Of a DNA stretch of 64,000 nt, positions 51,786-64,000 are shown one piece after another; the stretch's first letter is position 1, and every line of letters begins with the position of its first letter. The notes beneath the pieces are model-generated. The model was not told the DNA's origin. It searched no databases and saw only the letters and a list, made by a program, of their open reading frames with translations. The DNA is taken from assembly GCA_951406725.2 (NCBI GenBank), contig OX597814.1, positions 136,214,001 through 136,278,000 of the forward strand, given 5' to 3'. Source of the DNA: Octopus vulgaris. Its lineage: Eukaryota. The position numbers and the translations under genes are program-made.

Positions 51786-52054
51786 GAAGTCAAAAACGGT
51801 GTTGCAGGACAAATTCCCCATTTCAAAATTTGAGCTGCTAGTGATCTCCATGTATTTCGTATCCATGTGTGCGTATAACCATGTCAAAAACTTCACACCC
51901 ACACACTAAAACACATTAAAATCACCAACATTCGCAAATTCGGGACCACAACACGAACTGCTACCAATGCCAAGCAAGCCAAAAACGGTGTCGCAGAACA
52001 AATTCCTCAGGTCAAAATCAGAGCCGCTAGTGATCTCCTCCTATTTCATATTCA

Positions 52055-52087
<33 letters not shown>

Positions 52088-52163
52088 AACCATGTCAAAA
52101 GCATCACACCCACACACTGAAATACACTAAAAGTACCAAATCACAAATTCGGGACTACAATAC
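51786..52163. repeat. Direct tandem duplication, ~190-bp period, two diverged units
   Basis: caaaaacggtgt.gcag.acaaattcc..gctagtgatctcc..aaccatgtcaaaa..cacacccacacact..aaattcgggac occurs at ~51786 and ~51976. Confidence 0.85.
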
Positions 52164-52304
52164 CTAATAAAAATAAAAATAAAAATATTAAAAATATTAA
52201 AAAATAACAGGCGATAAAGCTCCAAAAATACTTGCACGTATACAAAAGTGGGGCTGTAATAAAATATATATTGATTTGGGGGCCATTCAATGTTAATCAT
52301 ATTT

Positions 52305-53361
52305 GGATCTGTTCAGTTTGGCTCACAAAATTTTTAATTAATATTTTATAACTAAACAGTTTGAAACTTTGTATTCTTCTCACGCAGAACACAGTTTACT
52401 TTGAACATTTTTGATAAAGTTTGGTATTGTAGAAATTACTTCCTGTTAAAGTTGTCGTATTTGGGTAATTTCAACCAATCAACGACGTGCATTCCGTTGA
52501 AGAAAGTTACTGCTGTTTGCGATAGTAATCGAAGAGGAACAACTTCCGGGTCATCTCTACTAAATGTCACTATTCTGTTATATTCGTATGGCGAGCGGTC
52601 ACCTTTATCCTTCCTTCCTTTTTAGTCAGCACCATGCATTCCTTACTCTTTCCCTCCCTTCTACACTATCAATTAGCAACCAGCGAGCGAACTTGTCACT
52701 GCCGCTACAATTACCGTATTTTCCGGTGTATAAGCCGCTATTTGTTTTGTTTTTATCTTCATGTTTTGATAATGTTATTTTTAATCTAACAAATACTTTT
52801 ATATTGACGAAATGTGTTTGTTGTTGATTAAAGTAAGATAAAATCATGACAATGATAATACATCTTATAGTTGTAAAATAAGGTATTTTGAAACTACATA
52901 CACGTCAATAACAAAAAAGCTAGCTGCTAACTCGTAGCTCTATAGGTCTTTTAAACACCGGTGTGCTTTATGTGTGGATAAAACACCGATATCGGGTAAA
53001 CGAATAAATATATGTAAATAATATTTCTTCCTTCTTGGTGTTGATTCTTCGATGTTTACTGGTTACTCCTATGCGAGAACCAAAAAACAAAAGCAAAAAG
53101 AAAAGCGTGTAATATGCAACACAGGCAGTAAACAAAAAACGGAATAGAACAGAGTGATGCGATTTAGTAGAGATGACCCGGAAGTTGTCCCTCTTCGATT
53201 ATTATCACAAACAGCAGTAGCTTTCTTCAACTGAATACACGTCGGTGATTGGTTGAAATTACCCAAATATGAAAACTTTAGCACGAAATAAATTCTATAA
53301 TACTAAATTTTGTCAAAAATGTTGAAAGCAAACTGTGTTCTTAACCAAACTGAACAGATCC
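52305..53361. mobile_element. ~1.06-kb non-autonomous DNA transposon with long TIRs, GGATC termini and a degenerate 8-bp TSD
   Basis: Termini ggatctgttcagtttgg / ccaaactgaacagatcc. Inner arms 52385-52585 vs 53140-53342. Flanks tcatattt / tcaaatct match at 6/8. Confidence 0.85.
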
Positions 53362-53449
53362 TCAAATCTATATTCTATTTAACAATGAGATAGATATTAT
53401 AAACTAGTAGTAAGGATTAAAGTAAAAATAAATTATTAAAGGACACAAT

Positions 53450-53722
53450 CACAAGAATAAAAGAACCATGGGTTAAGTTTATACTTATAGTTATGCTTAT
53501 ATATATTTATTTATATTTTGGTGTTAAGTATGGTTTACATAATGATTGTTATAATAAATAATTATACTATTATCAATTATCTGTTATTAGTAAAGTGGGT
53601 TATATAGGTGTTCTAAATATATATACAATTAAGAGGTTGAGTATAAAATATGTTGCTAAAAGCTAATATGCAAATTGTAAAAAATTAAAAAAATTATAAA
53701 GTATTTATGATATGAATGTGTG

Positions 53723-53774
<52 letters not shown>

Positions 53775-54352
53775 AAATATTAAGGTTTGCTGGATAATAT
53801 AGTTATTTTCCATCTAATTTTATCCATACGTTTCCAAAGAAATTTACTAAGTTCTGTGCTATTACGTTTATTAATGTTTTTAAATGAGGTTCCATGGTTC
53901 GCTATACGATATTTCACGTAACATGCTCCAAGATAATTGAAATATCTACCTTCGGATTCAACTGTGACTTGGAATACTAGATTTTTGCGTTTGCAGTAAT
54001 TATTAAATTTACAATTTGCCTTAACTCTACAGTTACATAAAGCATTTAGATTATTATTACCTGTGTCGGTAATATCTTTACGATTTCCTCTAGGTATAAT
54101 ATTAGAGACAGTTTGAGCAGAATGTGTATTCCTAGATGGTGTGGGAATACTTCTATTTATATAATAATCATCAAGTTTATTGTTATTTAAAGATGATATT
54201 TGTTTAAATATTTTTTAGTTATAGAAAATCCTATCCTTATTGAATTATGACACTGTGTTTAGTAGAAATAAAATGCGTATTTATTATTGAACGAGTTACT
54301 TTGATAAGGTTTGTCTTTATTTGTCTTCCATAAGGTAAGATAAGCCAAATTA

Positions 54353-54423
<71 letters not shown>

Positions 54424-54626
54424 CATGCTTGACTTTTGCTTTACATTTGCACAAGCTGGCTCCAAGTCTCACCCAGAGACCTCAATAGACAACAAGTTGG
54501 AAGTTCGTGTTGGTGTTATGCCTAAGGTGCCATATATTTGGTTTTGTACTTAGTGTTGTACTAGCGAATGCCTAAAAAACCATACGAAAATTATGTTTGT
54601 TTTAAAATTTTCGTATGTTTTTTAGG

Positions 54627-54710
<84 letters not shown>

Positions 54711-55350
54711 GTTTTTGTGACGTTTATGGTTGCTATCAGGTACATATTTTATATATGGTTTAAGTTATGTTTAAAGCATTTATTAATTTTGTAGTTTGAT
54801 TCAGTATGATAGAGATTCTTGTTGTTGTTGTTGTGATTATTATTATAACTACTTGACAGTTTTTATTAGTATTTTTATGCTTATTAATCTTAAGTGTGTG
54901 TTCAGAAATCTGTAGACAATTTCTTATTTATCTTGTTGACTGTCTGTTGGTAATCATTATTTTCAAATTTAATTTTTTGTATATACCCTGCCTTATCCAG
55001 TGCAGAGTTATAAAAGTCCTTAAACATATTAAAGATTTCTTTGTTAGATGAGAGGTAATTAATTCTACGTTGTATATTATTAACTAAACATTTGATAATT
55101 ATTTTGGGATGATTACTATTATAATTAATATATGTTAGTTTAGAATTAGGTTTCTGATATGGCGCATGGCTTCCTGTGAGTAGGTTAAGGTTGATATCTA
55201 AAAAATTTACAGAACTATGCTAATTTTCTAGACATTTTCAGGCCAAACGTATAAAAGAATCTATGAAATTTTTTCGTATGATTTTCTAATTTTCTATTGC
55301 TAGTAAGTTTAATTATATATAAGGTATCATCCCTATATAAACCTCCGGCT
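53450..55350 (-). mobile_element. Penelope-like element relic (RT C-terminal half, Cys linker, GIY-YIG endonuclease)
   Basis: Minus strand: GGLYRDD (~55345-55325); VNFLDINLNL..PYQKPN..YINYNSNHP..RRINYLSSNKEIF..YNSALDKAGY (55215-54980); IIWLILPY (~54350); CNCRVKANC..YC..LVFQV..NYLGA..RIANHGTSF..STELSKFLWK (54040-53830). Confidence 0.88.
54421..54630 (-). mobile_element. Short insert between two (TAA)n tracts, probably an R4/Dong 3' UTR (copy E), with a 5' foldback
   Basis: ~210 bp of non-Penelope sequence flanked by (ATT)n at 54354-54421 and 54628-54710. Hairpin at 54567-54630. The family assignment is inferred from context only. Confidence 0.55.
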
Positions 55351-55364
55351 ACTTCTGGAAATTA

Positions 55365-55974
55365 TATGTATATATATTGATTATATATATATATATATAT
55401 ATATTAATATTACTAATATTTTATAGCCATTACACAGTGATCCTTATAAGCTTTAAGCTTATAACATATTATTATTATCATTTACAGAAGTGTAAAAATC
55501 AACACTTCTTACCAAAAACCATACATATATACATACATATATATAAATATATGCATACACACAGACGCACACACACACAGAGATATGTACCTATGTATAT
55601 ACATACATATATATATATCTTAGACTCATACACGTATATAGATAGATACACGCAAGTATGTATGTATAGATATGTGTGTGTGTGCGTGTATGTGCCTCTG
55701 TGTGTGTGCGTGCATGTGTGTATATGTGTGAGTGCGTGTGTATACATGTGTGTGCGTGTATTATTTAAATGTCAATAATTCCAAAGTCTTTTTATACACA
55801 CACATACTCACACACACAAGCACACACATTTATATATACATATGCATCTCTCTTTCTCCATCTCTCTGTCCGTCGGTCTCTCGCTCCTTGTCTCTCGCTC
55901 TTTTTCTCTATCTGCATACACACACACATATATGTACGTATGTATGTATATATGCATATATGTATGTATATATG

Positions 55975-56025
<51 letters not shown>

Positions 56026-56150
56026 CATATATATATGTATACATACATATATATATGTATACATACATATATATATATACACACACATATATATACACAC
56101 ACGCACATATACATACACGCATATATACATATATACATACAAGCATACGC
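55365..56150. repeat. TA/CA/TG microsatellite field
   Basis: Directly visible. Confidence 0.9.
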
Positions 56151-58331
56151 GAGCGCTTATGCTATTTAAATGTCAACAGCCGCCAAATATTATAATGACT
56201 TGAATACAATAATGTTGCTGAAACATTAAAAGTTACTCGTCCGAACTTTTACTTTTGTAGTTTTATTCCCATCAAAGCATACGTAGTATTTGGAAGATTA
56301 GTGTAGAAGGGTTAAAGGTAAGATCAACAGGAAGTAGTGACTTCCATGCCATTTCTGTAGACATTACCATCAACTGTCTTTACTTGTGTCAGTCATTGGA
56401 TTGCAATCAGGCCAGGGCACCGCATTGAAGGATTCCAGTCGAACAAAATGACCCCAGTATTTGTTCATATATGGCTGGTGTGTATTCTATTGAATCTCTT
56501 GAGCCGAACCGCCAAGTTACAGGGACGTATACAAACCAGCATTGGTTGTTAAGCGGTGTGTGGGAACAAACACAGACACACAGACACACAAACACTCACA
56601 CACACACTCACACGTACACAAATACACACACAGATATACACACATACATACACGACTGGCTTCCACAGAATTTTCGTCTACCAAACCCACTCACAAGGCA
56701 TTGGTCAGACAGGGGCTATAGTAGAAGAAACTTGCTCAAGGTATCGCATTTCGGGACCGAAATTGAAACCACTAGATAGCAAAGCGAACTTCTTAACCAC
56801 ACAGCCATTGCCTGCGCCTAATAAAATGAAATTCAATTGTACCAACCGAGAATTGAAACACGCCATGGTTTCCACTCCACAAGAGTGCAATCTTTGTTCA
56901 TTGACATTGGCCATATATATGACATATTGAGGTCTGAGAGACTTGATATATTGTAGTGTCATTATCATTTTATACGTCCTGAATATGACATTATACTGCA
57001 TCTAGTAGACGGTTCCTAGGTCTACTCTGACCTGGTGTATGTCAGGATCCCAGCTATGGGTTCACTAGTGTATGAACAATAGGACGTAGAAATAATAAGG
57101 TTGATGTCCGAGGGTGCAGTAAGTCCACTAGTTCTGAGGGAACCCTGGCCTTTATTAAGGTATCCTTCAAGGAGAAGGCTAACCTGTATATAATATCTAC
57201 TTTTAAGGAGTGTGTAACCACATTTTAGTCACTATTGCTCCTAGGTCTACTCTGACCTGGAGCAGTGACGCATGTCAGAGCTCCAGCAATGTGTTAAATA
57301 GCATGTAATCGTCCGAGTCAGGGTACGTTGAAATCATGGGGTGCAGCAGGATGGGTGTGAACAATTTCGGCAAATGAATCTCATTGAGTCAATGGCGAAT
57401 GTCCCAAGACGCTGAGCAGATGAACGAGCAACAGCCAGGCTCAACCAGTTCAGTTAGAGAACTACTTCTGTCATCTGAAGTCATGGCGTATGAAGATGAA
57501 ATATTTAATTGGCGAAAGATAAAAATGTTTGACGCCCAGGCCAGACATCCATGCTTCACCAATGCGCGAGCGGGGACATCTTGTGTGGAAGAGTTGCATT
57601 GTTCCAGGCAATCAAATAACTAGATGACGACGATGACAACAACAATGATGATGATGATGATGTAGTACTAGATAAAGATATAAAGCATACTTAGATATCA
57701 GCAGATGTCCCTAAATGTTGCCGGACCTCGGGAATCGCCATCGGGTTCCACAACAGTTTTGAGTAAAGTAAAGAAAATGAAACAGACTTGGAAAGCAGCT
57801 TGCTAGTACAAGTGCAATCAATCGAAAACTCCGCATACCGGATGCGGGGTTTTAGCAGGTTGGGGGTAGAGATATCAGCACAGAATGTGCAGCGATTCGG
57901 GGGTGAGGTGGAGGCTTTGACGCGCATTCTCTCCTGACGACCCTTCGCTTCGTTGTTACCAGATGTCACGCAGCAACATTATCAGTTAAGTTAGAGGTCA
58001 CTAATATTGTCAGCTTACTAAGATGTCACTAGATGTCACCAGCAACATTATCAGATCAACATCAGATGTGACCATTAAAACTGCTAGCAATTTTCCTGTC
58101 ACATGACCTTGCAGTAATCTGATAATATATCTCAGTGCATTAAATGTAATAACAAAAAAGTTATAAAAAAAAGTCTACTCGCAGGCAGTGGCCTGATTCT
58201 GCAGCACATTCCGCCGCTACCCCTGCCTTATTGAATAAAGATAGTTCTGTTGATATAAATGTCCTCTTACATTAAAAAAGAATGTATACGCAAACGTAAA
58301 TACATATACATGTATATCACATCATATCATT

Positions 58332-58374
<43 letters not shown>

Positions 58375-58508
58375 GTATGTATATATGTATATCTCTGTGT
58401 ATGTGTGTATATATATATATATGTGTATATATATACACATATATATAAATATATATGTGTATATATTTATATATATGTGTATATATATACACACATATAT
58501 ATATATAT

Positions 58509-58557
<49 letters not shown>

Positions 58558-58761
58558 CATGTACATACACATATGTGTGTATATAGCTGCTATGCCACTT
58601 CCTTCCGGTGTACTATTGTTTAGAGTTAATTTATTTCCACCAACTTTTAGTATGCTTTTTTCCCCATACATTTTCTTATTTGTTTTTGTTCCCTGCACTA
58701 TTTCTAACTCTTTCTCTGTCTCTCATTGCCTCTTTCCCTCATTAAAATATTTGACCCTTTG

Positions 58762-58794
<33 letters not shown>

Positions 58795-58821
58795 TCACAT
58801 ACACACACATGTGATATATAG

Positions 58822-59140
58822 GAGCACTCCATCGGTTACGACGACAAGGGTCCCAGCTGATACGATCAACGGAACAGCTTGCCCGTGAAATTAACGTGCA
58901 TGTAGCAATCCACAGACACGTGTACTCATAACGTAGTTCTCAGGGAGATGCAGCGTAGCGCAGCGTGTGAAAAGTGTGACCCTTTGAAATACAGGTACAA
59001 CTCATTTTTGCCAGCAAAGTGGACTGGAGCAACGTGAAATAAAGTGTCTTGCTCAAGGACACAACGCGTCGCCAGGAATTGAACTCACGACCTTACAATC
59101 GTGAGTCGAATGCACTAACTACTAAGCCACGCGCCTTCAC
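58822..59140 (-). mobile_element. tRNA-derived SINE family D, full copy
   Basis: Head gtgaaggcgcgtggcttagtagttag..gagttcaattcc, body gtgtccttgagcaagacact, tail shared with the SINE at 23810. Confidence 0.85.
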
Positions 59141-59482
59141 ACACACACATATATACATATATGTACATATGTATACGTATATGTATATCTAACTATCTAT
59201 GTTAACTGTGTATCTCTTCTATGTACGCATATATATAAATACATGTGTGTGTGTATATATGATGATTTTGATTTTTCCAGTTTCAGCTAATGAGCTGTGG
59301 CCATCGTATATATACATATATATATATACGATGGGCTTCTCGCAGTTTCCGTCTACCAAGTCCACTCTCAAGGCTTTGGTCGGTCTGAGGCTATAGTAGA
59401 AGACACTCTTTAAGGTGCCATGAAGTGGGACTGAACCTGGAACCATGTGGTTGGTAAGCAAGCTACTTACCACACAGCCACA

Positions 59483-59521
<39 letters not shown>

Positions 59522-60210
59522 TATATGTAAGTATGAATGTTTGTGTGTCGGTGTTTGTCCCTCCAACATCGCTTGACAACCGATGCTGGTGTGCTTACGT
59601 CCCTGAAATTCGTGTAGATAAATAAGTTATACAAGAAAAATATTATTCATGTAGTTATAATTGTATAACTTAATTATATATAGAAAAACACCTAGTACTT
59701 AGGTCGATTTGCTCGACTAAAAGCTCTACTCCAGGATGGCCGCAGTAAAATGAATGAAACAAATAAAAGAATATATGAACATATATATATGCATATATAT
59801 GTATGTGTTTAGATACATACATACATACATACATAAATACGTGCGCTCATACATATATAGAAAGATATTAACATTTTAAGACCGTGTACCCTTCTATGCA
59901 TGGATATGTCGGTATACATGTGAGTGTCTATGCGTTTTGCAGTCATCACGCTTTCCACCCACATATCCGGCTTTCTAAGTGACTGTCTTCCTCTGCCGTA
60001 TTCCCACGCAAAACACCTATTGCTCATTTCACTCTCTCTCTCTCTCTTTCTCCATCTTTCCCTTTGTCTCCACTCACTCACTCTCCTCATCTCGCTCTCT
60101 TCCTTTCTTACATCCCTTTCTCGTTGATTTTTCGTCTTCCTACAAGCCATCTGGTTGAGTATTTTTTTGTGGTTTTAACAACCAACGTACTCGCTTTTTA
60201 CAGCCATTGA

Positions 60211-60638
60211 ATATGCATGCATGCGTGTATGTATGTATGCATGCATGTATGTATGTATGTATGTATGTATGTATGTATGTATGTATGTATGTATGTATGT
60301 ATGTATGTATGCATGCATGCATGTATGTATGTATGTATGTATGTATGTATGTATGTATGCATGCGTGTATGTATGTATGTATGTATGTATGTATATATGT
60401 ATGTAGGTATGTTTGTATGTATGCATGTATACATGCATGTATATATGTATGTTTGCGTGTATGTAGGTCTGTCATTCTGTATGTATGTATGTATGCATGT
60501 GTGCATGTTTGTATGTATGTAAGTAAAGGCTTTCATGTATAAACACATGAATATGTGTTTACACCTACACTTACATCTACATAGACATACATACATATAC
60601 ACATTCACAAACCTACACACCTATATATACATATATGC

Positions 60639-60693
<55 letters not shown>

Positions 60694-61290
60694 TTTATAC
60701 ACATATATACATGCATAAAGACATACATACAAGCATACATACATATATGCATACATACATACATGCATGCATCCATCTATCCATACATACATACATACAT
60801 ACATACATACATACATACATACATACATACATACATACATACATACAGATATATACATGCATGCACACATACATACATACATACATACATACATACATAC
60901 ACACATACATACATACATACATACATACATACATACAAGCATGCACACATAAATACATACATACATACATGCATGCACACATACATACATACATACATAC
61001 ATGCACACACATACATACATACATACATACATACATACATACATACATACATACATACATACATACCTGCATGCACACATGCTAAAATGATCACCATATC
61101 TGAGATTATAAAAATCTACAAGATTTAAAAGATGATTAAAAGAAGAGACTTTCCTTCACAATCTTGCTGCCAAGTAGGTAACTGGTCAAAATTTACTCTA
61201 AAGTTAAAAAGAGAAAGAGAACATACATACATACATACATACATACATACATACATACATACATACATACATACATACGTACATACATAC
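60211..61290. repeat. (TATG)n tract followed by inverted (CATA)n tracts
   Basis: (TATG)n at 60211-60520 and (CATA)n at ~60720-61080 and 61221-61290. Confidence 0.95.
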
Positions 61291-62190
61291 ATAAATGCGT
61301 ATTGTAACTGTTCTGGGGGTAGCGCGAGAAAAATAAAACCAAGAAAAGCAATGCACTTGCGTATGTATGTAGAAGCATTTCCGTTTAGTCACAAGCAGAT
61401 CCACCCACGAATGCATACCAGTAATCTTATACACAGAATAGAAACAGATTAGGAGATTAGGCATTACGTGAGCGTACATTGTATGCAGTAACTTATACGG
61501 AAGCTTACGCGAATGCATGTACATACTAGCATGTGTTACCACACACACACACACACACACACAAGAACCGTGTTTTAGTTAGAAAGAAGCCATACAGAAG
61601 CTATGTAAAAAAAGTGTCAAATGATGTTAGAAAATTACGTACGTCTCTAAAGATTAGTTAAAAGGAAGACGTTTTTTCTGAGACATCAAAATGTCAAATG
61701 TCAGCCGAGAAAGAGAGAGAGAGAGGGAGGGGGGAGAGAGAAGTGGGAGTGAGAACGAAACAGAAAGAAAGAGGGAGAGAGGGGGAAAGGGAGAGTGGGA
61801 CGGAATACTAAGACAGAGAAAACGAGAGAAGAGCTTTAAAAAAAGGTTGACTTTTCTGAATGATTTCAAGTATTGATACTCGCAAAGAATTAAATTTCTT
61901 GAAACCAAATAGCAGAGACATATTTTATTTGTCTAGCTGAGCAATGACAATTTAATAACTATAAAAAATATCAACAATAAAAGTTAAAAAGTAATGGTAA
62001 TAACAATCCGTTCTTATTTCGGCACAAGGACAGCATTTTTAAGGTGTGGGGAAGACGATAACGTCGACCCCAGTGCTCGACTGGTACTTATTTTATCGAC
62101 CTCGGTGAAGGTTGAATTCAGAACGCAATGCCAGAAGAAATGCAGCTAAATGCTTTGCCCGATGTGCTAACAGCTCTACCGGCTCAAGCC

Positions 62191-62238
<48 letters not shown>

Positions 62239-62239
62239 T

Positions 62240-64000
62240 ACTCTGCGAAACTTTTTGACTGTAAGTATGAGATCATGGAGAACCACACTAACTCTGAACA
62301 GTGACAACGAATCCTTAAATGCTGGTGATGTAAAAATTTCGTGTGGCATTTTCCAGGGTGACTCACTGTCACCACTTCCTCTTTTGTTTAGCCTTAATAC
62401 CTCTCTCAAAACTGCTCAATGACGCGCAGTACGGGTATAAAATGTTTGATAAAAATATAAATCATCTCATTTACATGGATGATTTAAAGCTTTTTGCAAA
62501 AAATGACCAACAACTCAAGGGCTTACTAGCGATAGTCAAACAATTCAGTGACGACATCAGAATGCAATTCGGCCTCGATAAATGTGCACTAGCTACCTTT
62601 ATCAAAGGAAAAATGACAGAAACATCTAACGTTAACTTTGACCAGCAGAATGTCATAAAAGAACTAGACCCAGCAGAGAGCTACAAGTACCTAGGGGTAA
62701 TCGAAGGGAACGGAATAAGGCATTCAGAGATGAAGGAAAGGATCAGGAGAGAATACTATCGAAGAGTGAGAGCAATACTCAAGACAGAGCTGAATGCAAG
62801 AAACAGGATCGAAGCGATTAAGGCATTAGCCATACCAGTCGTGACTTACAGTTTCAATATCGTTAACTGGTCAATTACTGAAATATGTCAGCTCGACAGA
62901 AAAATAAGAAAACTGTTGACAATGCATAGAATGCACCACCCTAAGGCAGATACAGAACGACTTTATCTGCCAAGAAAAGAGGGAGGCCGTGGTCTTTTGC
63001 AACTGGCAATAACAATGAAGATTGCTACAATTGGCCTAGACACCTACCTGAAAAAGTCTGAGGACTGGATGTTAAAACTTGTCTCAAAACATGAAAACAA
63101 GAAAGCATCATACTCAGTAACAAAACAGGCAAAGGAATATCTAAGTGAATTCCGAATACAACAAATTTCGGAATTAGAGATAGACATACAAGAAACAAGC
63201 ACAGAAAAACCTAGGCGCATGAAAACCCGTGCCAAAACTGCGGCCTTAGATATTCTGAATAATAAATGGCAAGAAAAACCTCTCTATGGCAAATACCCAA
63301 AGAGAGCGAATAATGCAGATATTGACAAAACCCTGACCCATCAATGGCTAATGGCCTCTGGCTTAAAATCTGAAACAGAAGATTTATCATAGCAGCTCAA
63401 GATCAATGCCTACCAACAAGAAACTACCAGGCCAACATATTAAAGAACGGCAGTAGCCCAACATGTCGTGTAAGTCAACAACAAAATGAAACCATTGATC
63501 ATGTTGTCTCCAAATGCAGTCCTCTAGCGCCTACAGAGTACCTCAACAGGCATGATAGAGCTGCACAATATATTCACTGGGTAATTTGCAAAAAACTGGA
63601 TTTGCCCCATGAAAAAAACTGGTGGGAACACAATCCACCTCCAGTGCTTGAAAATGACCACATCTCACTCCTCTGGAACTTCACCATTCAAACTGACAAA
63701 AAGATAGATGCAAATAGGCCAGACATCATATTGAAAGACTTCAGACAAAGAACATGCCTCCTCATTGATATGACTGTCCCAATCGATATAAACGTATCTG
63801 TCAAGATCTACCAAAAACTGAGCAAATATAAAGATCTTGAAATAGAAATCAGCAAAATGTGGAACCTGAAGATTAAAACAATACCTGTTGTCATAGGTGC
63901 CCTGGGAATGATAGCGAAAGGGGCTGATTACTACCTAACTCAGATACCAGGAAACCCCAAAGTGGCAGAAATTCAAAAGATAGTGCTCATGGGAACTGCT
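62240..64000 (+). mobile_element. 5'-truncated R4/Dong RLE retrotransposon (copy F), running off the window end
   Basis: GIFQGDSLSP, HLIYMDDLKLFA, YKYLG, HHPKADTERLYLPRKEGGRGL, IAAQDQ, ETIDHVVSKC, RHD, NRPDII, VIGALG. Preceded by (ATA)n at 62191-62238. Confidence 0.95.

Overview
This is AT-rich, repeat-saturated eukaryotic DNA with no recognisable host gene, rRNA, true tRNA or CRISPR array. The tRNA-derived SINE families and dense TA/TATG/AAT microsatellites suggest an octopus (coleoid cephalopod) genome, but that is inference. Most entries in the ORF track are microsatellite or antisense artefacts. The real content is nested transposon debris. Retroelements: a Tx1/L1-like LINE (1-2800, minus), six R4/Dong-type RLE retrotransposon copies mostly sitting in (TAA)n tracts, three CR1-group APE-RT LINEs (45300-48570 is two nonsense codons from an intact ORF2), and a Penelope-like element the ORF track missed. 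DNA transposons: relic hAT, Tigger and possibly Harbinger transposases, several MITEs with clear TIRs/TSDs, and a Lep1/Helitron-like insert. At least four SINE families are present. The most interesting signals are structural RNA/DNA features: a type I hammerhead-ribozyme candidate with an intact core (10114-10174, minus) plus three degenerate ones, a 211-bp near-perfect palindrome, long inverted duplications, a pre-miRNA-sized hairpin, a 3' stem-loop shared by a SINE and the CR1-group LINEs, and head/tail module swapping among SINEs. I found no convincing new protein-coding system. All alignments were done by eye, and most boundaries are approximate.
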